Assembly: GCA_034530615.2 (NCBI GenBank)
Contig: JAVRCV020000004.1
Coordinates: forward strand, 96,001 to 160,000
Direction: 5' to 3'
Source of the DNA: Aulosira sp. ZfuVER01
GTDB lineage: Bacteria; Cyanobacteriota; Cyanobacteriia; Cyanobacteriales; Nostocaceae
Length of the DNA: 64,000 bases
Shown: positions 19,957-30,458 of the stretch, piece after piece
Layout of the letters: every line of letters starts with the position of its first letter
How positions within the stretch are numbered: the stretch's first letter is position 1
Program-made: the position numbers and the translations under genes
Notes under the pieces: generated by a model
What the model saw: the letters and a program-made list of their open reading frames with translations, nothing else
Database searches by the model: none
What the model was told of the DNA's origin: nothing

Positions 19957-21339
19957 ATGACAGGGCTTTTTAATCAATTTTCTCGCCGTAAATTTATCTT
20001 AACAGCTGGAGCTTCTGCGGGTGCTGTATTGCTGAAAGGCTGTTTGGGCAATCCTCCTGAGAATCTTAGCAGTGGTGGTAGCACAGCACAACCAACAGCG
20101 CAGCAAGTAGCTAATATTAGTCCTGAACAAAAGCCAGAAACTACTACAGTCAAGCTGGGATATATTCCCATTGTGGAAGCAGCACCGCTAATTATTGCTA
20201 AAGAGAAAGGCTTTTTTGCCAAGTATGGTATGAGCAATGTTGACCTTTCTAAGCAAGCTTCTTGGGGTTCAGCCAGAGACAATGTAGAAATTGGCTCGGT
20301 TGGTGGTGGGATTGATGGTGGTCAATGGCAAATGCCAATGCCTCATTTAATTACAGAAGGTTTAATTACCAAGGGTAATCAAAAAATTCCCATGTATGTA
20401 TTGTGCCAATTAATTACACATGGGAATGGAATTGCGATCGCCAACAAGCACCTAGGCAAAGGTGTAAGTTTACAATTGGCTAGCGCTAAGTCTTTATTTA
20501 AAGAACTCAAATCTTCCACACCCTTCACCGCTGCTTTCACCTTCCCCCACGTCAACCAAGATTTCTGGATTCGCTACTGGTTAGCAGCAAGTGGTATAGA
20601 CCCCGATGCAGACGTGAAGTTGCTCACCGTACCTTCGGCGCAAACTGTTGCGAACATGAAGACCGGAACAATGGATGCATTTAGTACTGGCGACCCCTGG
20701 CCTTATCGCCTTGTCAACGACAAAATTGGCTATGTGGCAGCATTAACCGCAGAGATTTGGAAGAATCATCCAGAAGAATACTTGGCAATGCGGGCTGATT
20801 GGGTAGACAAAAATCCCAAAGCCACCAAAGCACTACTTAAAGGCATTATGGAAGCGCAGCAGTGGTTAGATAATTTTGATAACCGCAAAGAAGCTGCTCA
20901 AATTCTCGCTGGTCGCAATTATTTTAATCTGCCCTCACCGGAAATTCTGGCAGCTCCATATCAAGGTAAATATGATATGGGTGATGGCCGCAAAATTGAT
21001 GATAAATCAATGGCGGCTTACTACTGGAAAGATGAAAAAGGTAACGTTTCTTATCCCTACAAGAGCCACGATTTATGGTTTATCACAGAAAGCGTTCGCT
21101 GGGGATTTTTACCTAAAGATTACATCACCAATAATGCTGCAAAAGCGAAAGAACTAATTAATAAAGTCAACCGCGAAGATATTTGGAAAGAAGCTGCGAA
21201 AGAAGCAGGAATTGCGGCCGCTGATATTCCCACAAATACATCTCGTGGTGTGGAAGAGTTTTTTGATGGCGTCAAATTTGACCCTGAAAAACCAGAAGAG
21301 TATCTGAAGAGTCTCAAGATTAAGAAGGTGAGTGTTTAG
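19957..21339 (+). CDS. cmpA: Bicarbonate ABC transporter BCT1 substrate-binding lipoprotein
   Basis: SRRKF signal, LKGC lipobox; [10 protein letters not shown] (CmpA-type, unlike NrtA TFPGGTHD). Confidence 0.88.
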   Translation: MTGLFNQFSRRKFILTAGASAGAVLLKGCLGNPPENLSSGGSTAQPTAQQVANISPEQKPETTTVKLGYIPIVEAAPLIIAKEKGFFAKYGMSNVDLSKQASWGSARDNVEIGSVGGGIDGGQWQMPMPHLITEGLITKGNQKIPMYVLCQLITHGNGIAIANKHLGKGVSLQLASAKSLFKELKSSTPFTAAFTFPHVNQDFWIRYWLAASGIDPDADVKLLTVPSAQTVANMKTGTMDAFSTGDPWPYRLVNDKIGYVAALTAEIWKNHPEEYLAMRADWVDKNPKATKALLKGIMEAQQWLDNFDNRKEAAQILAGRNYFNLPSPEILAAPYQGKYDMGDGRKIDDKSMAAYYWKDEKGNVSYPYKSHDLWFITESVRWGFLPKDYITNNAAKAKELINKVNREDIWKEAAKEAGIAAADIPTNTSRGVEEFFDGVKFDPEKPEEYLKSLKIKKVSV

Positions 21340-21426
21340 TCAAAAGTCAAGGGTCATTTGCTGATTCTATTTATTCCTAGCACAAATGACAAATACCAAA
21401 TACCAATTTCAAGGAGATAACAGTTT

Positions 21427-22266
21427 ATGACAATTGCTCAAAAACGCCCTGCAAGCCCTCGGTTCGATAACAGCTTTATATCCCGTTTACAAAAACAATT
21501 TCCCAATGTTGTACCGCCAGCGATCGCAATTTTAATATTTTTAGTTGTGTGGCAACTGTTTGCTTTGACTCCTGGCGCAACATTACCAGGGCCAGTTCAA
21601 GTAATCACAGACACTTGGATATTAATTTTGTACCCCTTCTATGACAAAGGTGGCACTGATAAGGGTCTTTTTTGGCAGATTTGGGCAAGTCTACAACGGG
21701 TTGCAATTAGTTACACACTAGCGGCAATTGTTGGTATTGGCTTGGGTATTTTGATTGGGGTGAATAAAACCATGTCTAAAGCTTTAGACCCCATCTTCCA
21801 ATTATTACGGACTGTACCACCTCTAGCTTGGGTGCCAATTTCCTTGGCAGCGTTACGGCAAAACGAACCAGCAGCTTTATTCGTTATCTTCATCACCGCA
21901 ATTTGGCCGATCTTAATTAATACGGCTGTGGGTGTAACTCAAATTCCCCAAGATTACAATAACGTTGCCAAAGTTCTGCAACTGAGCCGCAAAGACTACT
22001 TCATCAATATCTTAATCCCGGCTGCTTTACCATACATTTTCACAGGTTTAAGAATTGCAATTGGTTTGGCTTGGTTAGCGATTATCGCCGCAGAAATTGT
22101 CATGTCCGGTATTGTCGGTATTGGCTTCTTTATCTGGGATGCTTATCAAAATAACAACGTTAGTGAAGTTATTTTGGCTCTAGTTTATATCGGCGTTGTC
22201 GGTTTGCTCCTCGATAAATTAATGGCTTGGATTCAAAATCTGATTTTACCGACAGAACAAAAGTAA
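21427..22266 (+). CDS. cmpB: Bicarbonate ABC transporter permease
   Basis: NrtB/CmpB permease motifs (RTVPPLAWVP, WLAIIAAE); follows cmpA. Confidence 0.87.
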   Translation: MTIAQKRPASPRFDNSFISRLQKQFPNVVPPAIAILIFLVVWQLFALTPGATLPGPVQVITDTWILILYPFYDKGGTDKGLFWQIWASLQRVAISYTLAAIVGIGLGILIGVNKTMSKALDPIFQLLRTVPPLAWVPISLAALRQNEPAALFVIFITAIWPILINTAVGVTQIPQDYNNVAKVLQLSRKDYFINILIPAALPYIFTGLRIAIGLAWLAIIAAEIVMSGIVGIGFFIWDAYQNNNVSEVILALVYIGVVGLLLDKLMAWIQNLILPTEQK

Positions 22267-22321
22267 TTCAAATTGAAGATTTAACCTCCTTTGGGGGCTT
22301 CAAAATTCCAGCAATACCCAC

Positions 22322-22503
22322 CTAGCCCTACCAAGGTGACTCGTAAAATCTATTTTTTCTCTGCGATCTTTGTGTTCTCTGCGGTTTAAAAGTAGTTTAT
22401 TTAATCACAGATGCACAGCGGATGATACTTGCGTGCGCGGGTAGTCCGTAGCACAGAGATAAGAGAATAAAAAGGGAGTTTTTATCCACCTTGAAAGGGC
22501 TAG
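22322..22503. mobile_element. CTAG-bounded MITE
   Basis: CTAGCCCTACCAAGGTG ... CACCTTGAAAGGGCTAG imperfect TIRs. Confidence 0.7.
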
Positions 22504-22673
22504 CAATCCTCAACCTACTTAATATTTCAAACATCAATAATCCTTTAATTCTAGAACGAATAAAAATTTCTAATTGATAGCTTTAGAAATCGGCATTTTA
22601 CTAATTTCAATTTTTCAGTAAACATAAGAAATAAGCACACTTGCTCAACATAATAAATTTTTGGAAAAAATTT

Positions 22674-24407
22674 ATGGTCGCACTCACACAGTCTAATCAA
22701 GTTCTACCAAAACCAGGGCGTTTGACAGTTGAAACTGTAGAAATTGCTCCGCAAACTACTGCTATTCGTTGTCTCGATTGGGATAGAGAGCGTTTTGATA
22801 TTGAGTTTGGTTTACGGAATGGAACGACTTATAATTCTTTCTTGATTCAGGGTGAAAAAGTTGCTTTAGTTGATACTTCTCACCGCAAGTTTGAGCAGTT
22901 ATATCTGGAAATACTTGCTGGCATAATTGACCCGAATCAGATAGACTATTTGATTATTAGCCACACTGAACCAGACCATAGTGGCTTAGTTAAAGATATT
23001 TTGCAATTAGCTCCTGCCATTACCGTAGTTGGCGCTAAGGTAGCTATTCAATTTTTAGAAAATATGGTTCACCAGCCTTTTAAATCAATGCTGGTAAAAA
23101 GTGGAGAACGCCTCGATTTAGGTAATGGACACGAATTAGAATTTGTTTCTGCACCTAACTTACATTGGCCGGATACAATATTCACTTACGACCATAAAAC
23201 TAACATTCTTTACACCTGTGATGTGTTGGGAATGCATTACTGTGACGATCATACTTACGATGAGAATTTCACAGCAATAGAGGAAGATTTTGCATATTAT
23301 TATGATTGTCTGATGGGTCCGAATGCGCGGTCTGTGTTGGCAGCTTTAAAGCGGATTGAAAAATTAGAAATAAAAACAGTTGCCACAGGACATGGGCCTT
23401 TATTACAGCACTATATTCCCGAATGGATTGGGCGTTATCAAAATTGGAGTTTAGAGCAAGCCAAAACAGAGACATTAGTGGCTTTATTTTATGTAGAAGA
23501 TTACGGTTATAGTGAAACTTTAGTCAGAGCGATCGCCTACGGTATTAGCAAAACAGGTGTGGCGGTAGAATTAGTAGCTCTGAATAATACTGAACCTCAA
23601 GAAATCAGAGAATTAGTTTCCCAAGCTGCTGGTTTAGTGATCGGAATGCCTCCCCAATCTTCGGTTACAGATCAAGCCGCTTTAAATACTATTTTGGCTG
23701 CGGCTCATCATAAGCAAGCAATTGGTTTATTAGAGTCGGGAGGAGGAGATGATGAACCCGTTTACCCCTTACGTAATAAGTTTCAAGAACTAGGATTAAC
23801 TGAAGCCTTTCCTCCTATTTTAGTTAAAGAAACTCCCTCTAAAGTCACAGAACAACTTTGTGATGAAGCGGGAACAGATATGGGGCAATGGTTAAACCGC
23901 GATCGCACAATTAAACAAATCAAATCTCTCAACAACGAATTAGAAAAATCCTTAGGGCGGATTAGTACAGGACTATATATTATCACCGCCAAAAAAGGAG
24001 AAGTTCAAAGTGCAATGCTAGCTTCTTGGGTGACACAAGCGAGTCTTAACCCCTTGGGAGTAGCGATCGCAGTCGCCAAAGATAGAGCTATAGAATCATT
24101 AATGCACGTAGGCGATCGCTTTGTTTTAAATGTCTTAGAAGAAGGCAGATATCAAGGATTAATGAAACATTTCCTCAAGCGTTTTCCTCCTGGTGCAGAT
24201 CGCTTTGCTGGAGTCAAAACATATCCTGCTGCTACCAATGAATCTCCTATCTTAGCTGAAGCTCTAGCTTATATGGAATGTGAAATTACTAGCCGCATGG
24301 ATTGTGGAGATCATTGGGTAATTTATAGCACAGTTCAAACTGGACGAGTTGCTCAAGTAAATGCACTCACCGCCGTCCATCACCGCAAAATTGGCAATCA
24401 TTACTAA
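22674..24407 (+). CDS. flv4: Flavodiiron protein with canonical di-iron ligands (Flv4)
   Basis: HTEPDH, HWPD, GHGP; flavodoxin and flavin-reductase domains; first gene of a flv-membrane protein-flv trio; ATG at 22674. Confidence 0.8.
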   Translation: MVALTQSNQVLPKPGRLTVETVEIAPQTTAIRCLDWDRERFDIEFGLRNGTTYNSFLIQGEKVALVDTSHRKFEQLYLEILAGIIDPNQIDYLIISHTEPDHSGLVKDILQLAPAITVVGAKVAIQFLENMVHQPFKSMLVKSGERLDLGNGHELEFVSAPNLHWPDTIFTYDHKTNILYTCDVLGMHYCDDHTYDENFTAIEEDFAYYYDCLMGPNARSVLAALKRIEKLEIKTVATGHGPLLQHYIPEWIGRYQNWSLEQAKTETLVALFYVEDYGYSETLVRAIAYGISKTGVAVELVALNNTEPQEIRELVSQAAGLVIGMPPQSSVTDQAALNTILAAAHHKQAIGLLESGGGDDEPVYPLRNKFQELGLTEAFPPILVKETPSKVTEQLCDEAGTDMGQWLNRDRTIKQIKSLNNELEKSLGRISTGLYIITAKKGEVQSAMLASWVTQASLNPLGVAIAVAKDRAIESLMHVGDRFVLNVLEEGRYQGLMKHFLKRFPPGADRFAGVKTYPAATNESPILAEALAYMECEITSRMDCGDHWVIYSTVQTGRVAQVNALTAVHHRKIGNHY

Positions 24408-24498
24408 ATTGGGCATGGGGCATAGGTTATTCCCCTTGTCTCCTCCTCTCCTGATCTCCCCTGCTTCCTAATCCCTCACACCAAACCCCTAATTCCTA

Positions 24499-25011
24499 AT
24501 GCATAATCCTGCTGAAAGTACTCCAATTACTATGTACGAAATCAACCGGGGGCGCGTCGTGCGAAGCTTGGAATTTATCCAAGACGTGATTGTCATTTGT
24601 TTGTGCATCGGTTTATTTAGCTTCATGGTGCTTCAGGTGAGAGATATGTTTCTCTCTTTACTTCCGCCTCTAGACTTTAATGCTGTTACCGCCGATATTC
24701 TCTTTTTACTTATCTTAGTTGAGTTATTTCGACTACTGATTATTTACCTCCAGGAACATCGAGTATCTATTGGGGTAGCTGTGGAAGTTTCCATTGTTTC
24801 CGCATTGCGAGAAGTCATTGTTAAAGGTGTTCTGGAAACAACTTGGAGTCAAGTTTTAGCAACTTGTGCCTTCTTATTAGTTCTGGGAGTTTTACTCATT
24901 CTACGAGTCTGGCTACCTCCTACCTTTGATGGTATCGATCCAGAACAAGCAATATCTAAACGCTACAAAAATCGAGTTAAATCCGAATTAATCCAAACCA
25001 ACAGTCATTAA
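24499..25011 (+). CDS. PsiE-like membrane protein, Sll0218 homolog
   Basis: Four TM helices, LILVELFRLL, VSALREVI; lies between flv4 and flv2. Confidence 0.8.
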   Translation: MHNPAESTPITMYEINRGRVVRSLEFIQDVIVICLCIGLFSFMVLQVRDMFLSLLPPLDFNAVTADILFLLILVELFRLLIIYLQEHRVSIGVAVEVSIVSALREVIVKGVLETTWSQVLATCAFLLVLGVLLILRVWLPPTFDGIDPEQAISKRYKNRVKSELIQTNSH

Positions 25012-25098
25012 TTAACGGCTGGGGCTAGGGAGCAGAGAAAAATACAATGCCCAATGCCTAATGCCCAATGCCCCATGCCCACACCCACAGAGGTTACT

Positions 25099-26835
25099 AT
25101 GTCTGCTAATACTGTAACTACCAATCGTCAAAGAGATGTACAGGTTGCTGAAATTGGAAAAGATACACTAATTCTGCGATCGCGGACTTGGGAGCGATTA
25201 AAGTTTGAGGTGGAGTATTCCCGCCAAAAAGGAACTACAGCAAATTCTTATCTCATTCAAGCTGATAAAAAAGCTTTAATCGATCCTCCCGGTGAATCTT
25301 TTACCGAAATTTATCTTCAGGAACTAGGGCAACATCTAGATTTATCTACTTTAGATTACATTGTTCTCGGTCATGTCAACCCTAACCGCAGAGCTACTTT
25401 GCAAGTATTGCTCTCTCGAGTTCCTCAAGTTACTTTAATTTGTTCTCGTCCTGCGGCTAATGCGCTAAAAACCGCTTTTCCTGAATGGGAGTCACGCATT
25501 CAAGCTGTGCGCTCAGAAGATACTTTAGATTTAGGACAGGGACATCATCTGACATTTGTGAGTGTACCAACTCCCCGGTGGGCAGATGGACTTTGTACTT
25601 ATGATTCTGCTACCAAGATTCTCTACACAGATAAATTCTTTGGTGCACATATTTGCGAAGATACTCTATTTGATGAAGACTGGAAAAGATTAGACGCAGA
25701 ACGTCATTACTATTTTGACTGTCTGCACGCGCCCCAAGCCAAACAAGTTGAAGTTGCTCTAGAAAAATTTTCGGTTTTCCCAGCTAAATCTTACGCTCCT
25801 GCGCATGGCCCAGTTGTGCGTTATAGCCTGAGCCGATTTACTTATGATTACCGTCAATGGTGCCAAGGGCAAAAATCTCAAGAGTTAACTGTTGCTTTGC
25901 TTTATGCTTCTGCTTATGGAAATACAGCAGTTTTGGCAAATGCGATCGCTCAAGGTTTAATTGAAAATCAAGTCAATGTCGAATCCATTAACTGTGAACT
26001 AGCAGATACCGCCGAGATTATCCGCATTATCGAAGCTTGTGATGGATTTATTATTGGCTCACCCACCTTAGGCGGCCATGCACCTACTCAAATTCAAACG
26101 GCTTTAGGAATAATTCTCGCAACAGCCGCTAAAACCAAATTAGCAGGAGTATTTGGCTCCTATGGCTGGAGTGGAGAAGCCATCGATTTACTAGAAAGCA
26201 AACTCAAAGATGCCAACTATAGTTTAGGATTTGAATCAATTCGAGTCCGCTTCACTCCTACATCAGAAATTCTCCAACAATGTCAACAAGCAGGTGCAGC
26301 CTTTGCCCAAAACTTGAAGAAAACTAAGAAACTGCGGACTCCTCGCCAAGTTGTCACAGAAACCCATGTAGATCGTACCGAACAAGCAGTGGGGCGGATC
26401 ATTGGTTCTTTGTGTGTCGTGACAACTTGTGATGAAGGCACCCATAAAGGTGTTTTAACATCTTGGGTATCGCAAGCAACCTTTAACCCTCCAGGAATCA
26501 TGATTGCCATTGCTGATGAACAGAATGCAGATTTAATGTGTCATCAAGGTGATAAATTTGTGCTGAATATCCTCAAAGAAGGTAGAAATGTCCGCCGCTA
26601 TTTTTCTCGTCAAAGCGCTTTAGGAGACAATCCGTTTATTAATCTGTCTACCAAAACCGCTATTAATGGTTGTCTCATTCTTACCGAAGCATTGTCCTAT
26701 TTAGAATGCACAGTTCAAAATCAAATTAAATGCGGTGACAGATGGTTAATTTATGCTGTAGTAGATAACGGTGAAGTCCTAGAAAACGAAGGCTTAACCG
26801 CCCTCGAATACCGTAAATCCGGCAGCTATTATTAA
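25099..26835 (+). CDS. flv2: Flavodiiron protein with non-canonical ligands (Flv2)
   Basis: HVNPNR and PRWAD replace HxExDH and HWPD; SAYGNT flavodoxin motif; ATG at 25099 after GAGG. Confidence 0.8.
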   Translation: MSANTVTTNRQRDVQVAEIGKDTLILRSRTWERLKFEVEYSRQKGTTANSYLIQADKKALIDPPGESFTEIYLQELGQHLDLSTLDYIVLGHVNPNRRATLQVLLSRVPQVTLICSRPAANALKTAFPEWESRIQAVRSEDTLDLGQGHHLTFVSVPTPRWADGLCTYDSATKILYTDKFFGAHICEDTLFDEDWKRLDAERHYYFDCLHAPQAKQVEVALEKFSVFPAKSYAPAHGPVVRYSLSRFTYDYRQWCQGQKSQELTVALLYASAYGNTAVLANAIAQGLIENQVNVESINCELADTAEIIRIIEACDGFIIGSPTLGGHAPTQIQTALGIILATAAKTKLAGVFGSYGWSGEAIDLLESKLKDANYSLGFESIRVRFTPTSEILQQCQQAGAAFAQNLKKTKKLRTPRQVVTETHVDRTEQAVGRIIGSLCVVTTCDEGTHKGVLTSWVSQATFNPPGIMIAIADEQNADLMCHQGDKFVLNILKEGRNVRRYFSRQSALGDNPFINLSTKTAINGCLILTEALSYLECTVQNQIKCGDRWLIYAVVDNGEVLENEGLTALEYRKSGSYY

Positions 26836-26926
26836 TTCGTTATTGGGCAATTACCCATCTCTTCATCTCCTTTACTTCCTCCTCGTCTTTTCCAACTTTC
26901 TAACCAAATATCAATACCAAGTTATC

Positions 26927-28930
26927 ATGTCTACATTTGTTGCTGTCGATCAAATTGACAAAGTTTTTGAATTAACAGGTGGCGGTCAATATATCGCCCT
27001 CAAAGGAATAGATTTACAAATTAAAAAAGGCGAATTTGTTTCTTTAATTGGGCACTCTGGTTGTGGTAAATCCACGCTATTAAATATGATTGCTGGCTTA
27101 GATTTACCATCTGAAGGTGTAGTTACTTTAGAAGGACAAAGAATCGCCAAGCCAGGCCCAGATAGGATGGTAGTATTCCAAAATTATTCCTTACTACCTT
27201 GGCGGACAGTTAGAGAAAATATTGCCTTAGCGGTGGACTCGGTGATGAAGGGTATGCCTGCCGATGAACGCCGATCTATTGTAGAAAAACATATAGATAT
27301 GGTAGGTTTGCGTCCCCATGCTGATAAACAGCCGGGAATGTTATCTGGGGGACAAAAACAACGAGTTGCGATCGCCCGCGCTTTAGCAATTCGTCCCAAG
27401 TTATTATTACTAGATGAACCCTTTGGTGCATTGGATGCACTCACCAGAGGGAATTTGCAAGAACAACTCATGCAAATCTGCGAAGAAAATGAAGTCACTG
27501 CGGTAATGGTGACACATGACGTAGATGAAGCCGTGTTGTTATCTGACAGAATTGTCATGCTGACCAATGGCCCCGAATCGAAAATTGGGGACATCTTAGA
27601 AGTAGATATCCCCAGACCCCGCAAACGCATGGAAGTAGTAGAACATCCCAGCTACTACAGTCTGCGGAGTGAGATGATTTACTTCCTCAACCAGCAAAAA
27701 CGCATTAAGAAAATTCGGGCGCGGAAAACTGCGAATATTTCCCGTCATGGCTTAGAAAAAGTCAACTTAGAAATTGGCTTTTTACCACTCAGCGCCTGCG
27801 CCCCCTTGGCCATTGCGAAAGAAAAAGGCTTTTTTGCCAAGCATGGTTTAGATGAAGTCAACTTAGTGCGGGAAACCAGCTGGCGCGGTATTGAAGATGG
27901 TATCGCTGGCGGTTATTTAGATGCTGCTCAAATGCCTTCGGGTATGCCAATGTGGTTAACATTGGGCGGACATAAAAACCAACCGCTACCCGTTGTCAGT
28001 TCCCTCACCATGACTCGTAACGGTAACGCCATTACCTTGGCAAAACGCTTTTACGACCAAGGCGTGCAAAGCTTATCAGACTTTAAAAAATATCTCCAAC
28101 GTACCCGCGAACAAAGGCACACAATGGGGGTAGTCCACCCCGCATCCATGCACAATTTACTGCTGCGTTACTGGCTAGCGGCTGGGGGAATTGACCCCGA
28201 TAGCGATGTGGACATGAAGACCATTCCCCCAGCGCAGATGGTAGCAGACTTACAAAATGGCAGTATTGACGGTTACTGTGTGGGCGAACCTTGGAACTAC
28301 CGCGCCGCCATTGAAGGTGTTGGCTTTACCGTTGCTACTGACTTAGAAGTATGGCTAGGACACCCCGGTAAAGTACTTGGCGTGCGGGAAGATTGGGCAG
28401 AAGCTTACCCCAATACCCACATTGCATTAACTAAAGCCTTACTAGAAGCTTGCGTTTACTGTGCAGATCCCAAAAATGCCGAGGAAATTAGAAGGATTAC
28501 AGCCGGGCGAGATTATGTCAGTACAGATATAGAGTATATTCAACTCGAAGACCCCGAAGGCTTGACTTGTGACTTAGACCATCCACTACGGGATTACGCC
28601 CATCACCAATTTTATTCAGAGTCGGCAATCAACCGCCCCAGCCGTACCGAACAAATTTGGATTATGAGTCAACTAGCGCGGTGGGGTGATACTCCCTTCC
28701 CCAGAAATTGGGTAGAAGTTGTAGAAAGAGTTTGTCGAGTCCGCGTCTTCAGCACCGCAGCCAGAGAATTAGGCTTAGATATTAGCTACACTCGCCAACC
28801 CATTCAGCTATTCGATGGTACACCGTTTAATGCTGACGATCCGATCGCCTATCTCAACAGTTTAGATATTAAGCGCGACTTCTCCGTTGCTGAAGTTATC
28901 CTCGATGCACCCAGAAGAACAGCAGCGTAG
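26927..28930 (+). CDS. cmpC: Bicarbonate ABC transporter ATP-binding subunit with C-terminal regulatory domain
   Basis: GHSGCGKS, LSGGQKQR, LLLDEPF plus a CmpA/NrtA-like C-domain; ATG at 26927. Confidence 0.88.
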   Translation: MSTFVAVDQIDKVFELTGGGQYIALKGIDLQIKKGEFVSLIGHSGCGKSTLLNMIAGLDLPSEGVVTLEGQRIAKPGPDRMVVFQNYSLLPWRTVRENIALAVDSVMKGMPADERRSIVEKHIDMVGLRPHADKQPGMLSGGQKQRVAIARALAIRPKLLLLDEPFGALDALTRGNLQEQLMQICEENEVTAVMVTHDVDEAVLLSDRIVMLTNGPESKIGDILEVDIPRPRKRMEVVEHPSYYSLRSEMIYFLNQQKRIKKIRARKTANISRHGLEKVNLEIGFLPLSACAPLAIAKEKGFFAKHGLDEVNLVRETSWRGIEDGIAGGYLDAAQMPSGMPMWLTLGGHKNQPLPVVSSLTMTRNGNAITLAKRFYDQGVQSLSDFKKYLQRTREQRHTMGVVHPASMHNLLLRYWLAAGGIDPDSDVDMKTIPPAQMVADLQNGSIDGYCVGEPWNYRAAIEGVGFTVATDLEVWLGHPGKVLGVREDWAEAYPNTHIALTKALLEACVYCADPKNAEEIRRITAGRDYVSTDIEYIQLEDPEGLTCDLDHPLRDYAHHQFYSESAINRPSRTEQIWIMSQLARWGDTPFPRNWVEVVERVCRVRVFSTAARELGLDISYTRQPIQLFDGTPFNADDPIAYLNSLDIKRDFSVAEVILDAPRRTAA

Positions 28931-29020
28931 GGAGAATTCAAAATTATTTTCCCAGTGTTCCAAGCTTGAGGGCATCCTCAGCCCTCATTTTTCCAGACTT
29001 GAGAGTCTTTGAACTTCACG

Positions 29021-29272
29021 AATGAGGCTCGGAAGTTCATTAATGAGGCTCAGAAGTTCATTAATGAGGCTCAGAAGTTCGTTAATGAGGCTCGGAAGCT
29101 CGTTAATGAGGCTCGGAAGCTCGTTAATGAGGCTCAGAAGCTCGTTAATGAGGCTCAGAAGCTCGTTAATGAGGCTTAGAAGCTCGTTAATGAGGCTTAG
29201 AAGCTCATTAATGAGGCTCAGAAGTTCGTTAATGAGGCTTTTATCTCCGTTAACGAGGCTCAGAACCTCATT
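29021..29272. repeat. 21-bp tandem repeat x12
   Basis: AATGAGGCT(C/T)(A/G)GAAG(T/C)TC(G/A)TT head-to-tail with no spacers; last two units more diverged. Confidence 0.97.
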
Positions 29273-29427
29273 AGAAAATCCCAAAAAACAATCACCCTTC
29301 TTTTTCTTTAAACCTTTGCGCCTCTGCGCCTACCCTGCGGGAACGGCTCCGCCGAATGGGTGAGACAGATTCATCTCTCCACCCAGCAAAACCTTAATTT
29401 CACACCCTTTATCCTTTTTATCTACCT

Positions 29428-30279
29428 ATGCAAAACCGCAATTTAAGATTAGCTGAAAGAACACCATTAGCAACTGGAATCAGCAACCCTCAACCTTTCT
29501 TAGAAATTAGAGACGTTTCCAAAGTTTACCCCACAAAAAAAGGCCCCTTCACCGTACTAGACGGCGTTAACCTCAACGTAGAACAAGGCGAATTTATTTG
29601 TGTAATAGGTCACTCTGGCTGTGGCAAATCAACCCTGCTAAATATGGTATCGGGTTTTAACTTTCCCACCTCAGGACAAGTACTGCTAGAAGGACAACCC
29701 ATCACCAAACCAGGCCCAGACAGGATGGTTGTCTTCCAAAACTATGCTCTACTCCCCTGGCGAACTGCTTTTGAAAATATTTATCTAGCTGTTAACGCAG
29801 TGTACCCCGAAAAGCCAGAAGCCCAAAAAAGAGCGATCGTCCGCGAACATTTGGCAATGGTGGGACTCGCTGATGCAATGGAAAAGAAACCAATGCAAAT
29901 GTCTGGGGGTATGAGACAGCGAGTTTCCATCGCCCGTGCTTTAGCTATTCGTCCCAAAGTTCTGATTTTAGACGAACCTTTTGGGGCATTAGATGCGATT
30001 ACCAAAGAAGAATTACAAGAGGAATTGCTGAAAATTTGGGGTGATAATCGCTGCACAGTGCTAATGATTACCCATGACATTGATGAAGCACTGTTTTTAG
30101 CAGACAAATTGGTAATGATGACCAATGGCCCTCACGCCAAAATTGGCGAAGTCTTGGAAATACCCTTTTCTCGTCCACGCGATCGCGCCCGCATCATGGA
30201 AGATCCTCAATATTACAAGCTGCGCAACTATGCCCTAGACTTCCTCTTTAACAGATTTGCCCACGACGATGTAGGCTAA
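29428..30279 (+). CDS. cmpD: Bicarbonate ABC transporter ATP-binding subunit
   Basis: GHSGCGKS, MSGGMRQR, ILDEPF; last gene of the cmp cluster. Confidence 0.87.
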   Translation: MQNRNLRLAERTPLATGISNPQPFLEIRDVSKVYPTKKGPFTVLDGVNLNVEQGEFICVIGHSGCGKSTLLNMVSGFNFPTSGQVLLEGQPITKPGPDRMVVFQNYALLPWRTAFENIYLAVNAVYPEKPEAQKRAIVREHLAMVGLADAMEKKPMQMSGGMRQRVSIARALAIRPKVLILDEPFGALDAITKEELQEELLKIWGDNRCTVLMITHDIDEALFLADKLVMMTNGPHAKIGEVLEIPFSRPRDRARIMEDPQYYKLRNYALDFLFNRFAHDDVG

Positions 30280-30458
30280 AACGTTCCCTAGCACAACAAA
30301 GGTTAGTACTAAGTCAAAAGTAAAAGGTAAAATCAACAACCAGCCTTTTATTTTTGACTTTTTCTTTTTGTGTCTTTGTAGTTCCCTATTTTTTGCACAC
30401 AAAGCCACAAAGTAATTAAAATACAAGGTCGAGTTTGCTTCCTCTACTCAATCTAAGA

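Noticed and set aside
29021..29272. CRISPR array
   Set aside because: Units are head-to-tail with no unique spacers, and there are no cas genes in the window.
19957..30279. Nitrate transporter nrtABCD
   Set aside because: The binding protein has the CmpA-type NQDFW motif, there is no adjacent nirA/narB, and the context is low-carbon flv genes.
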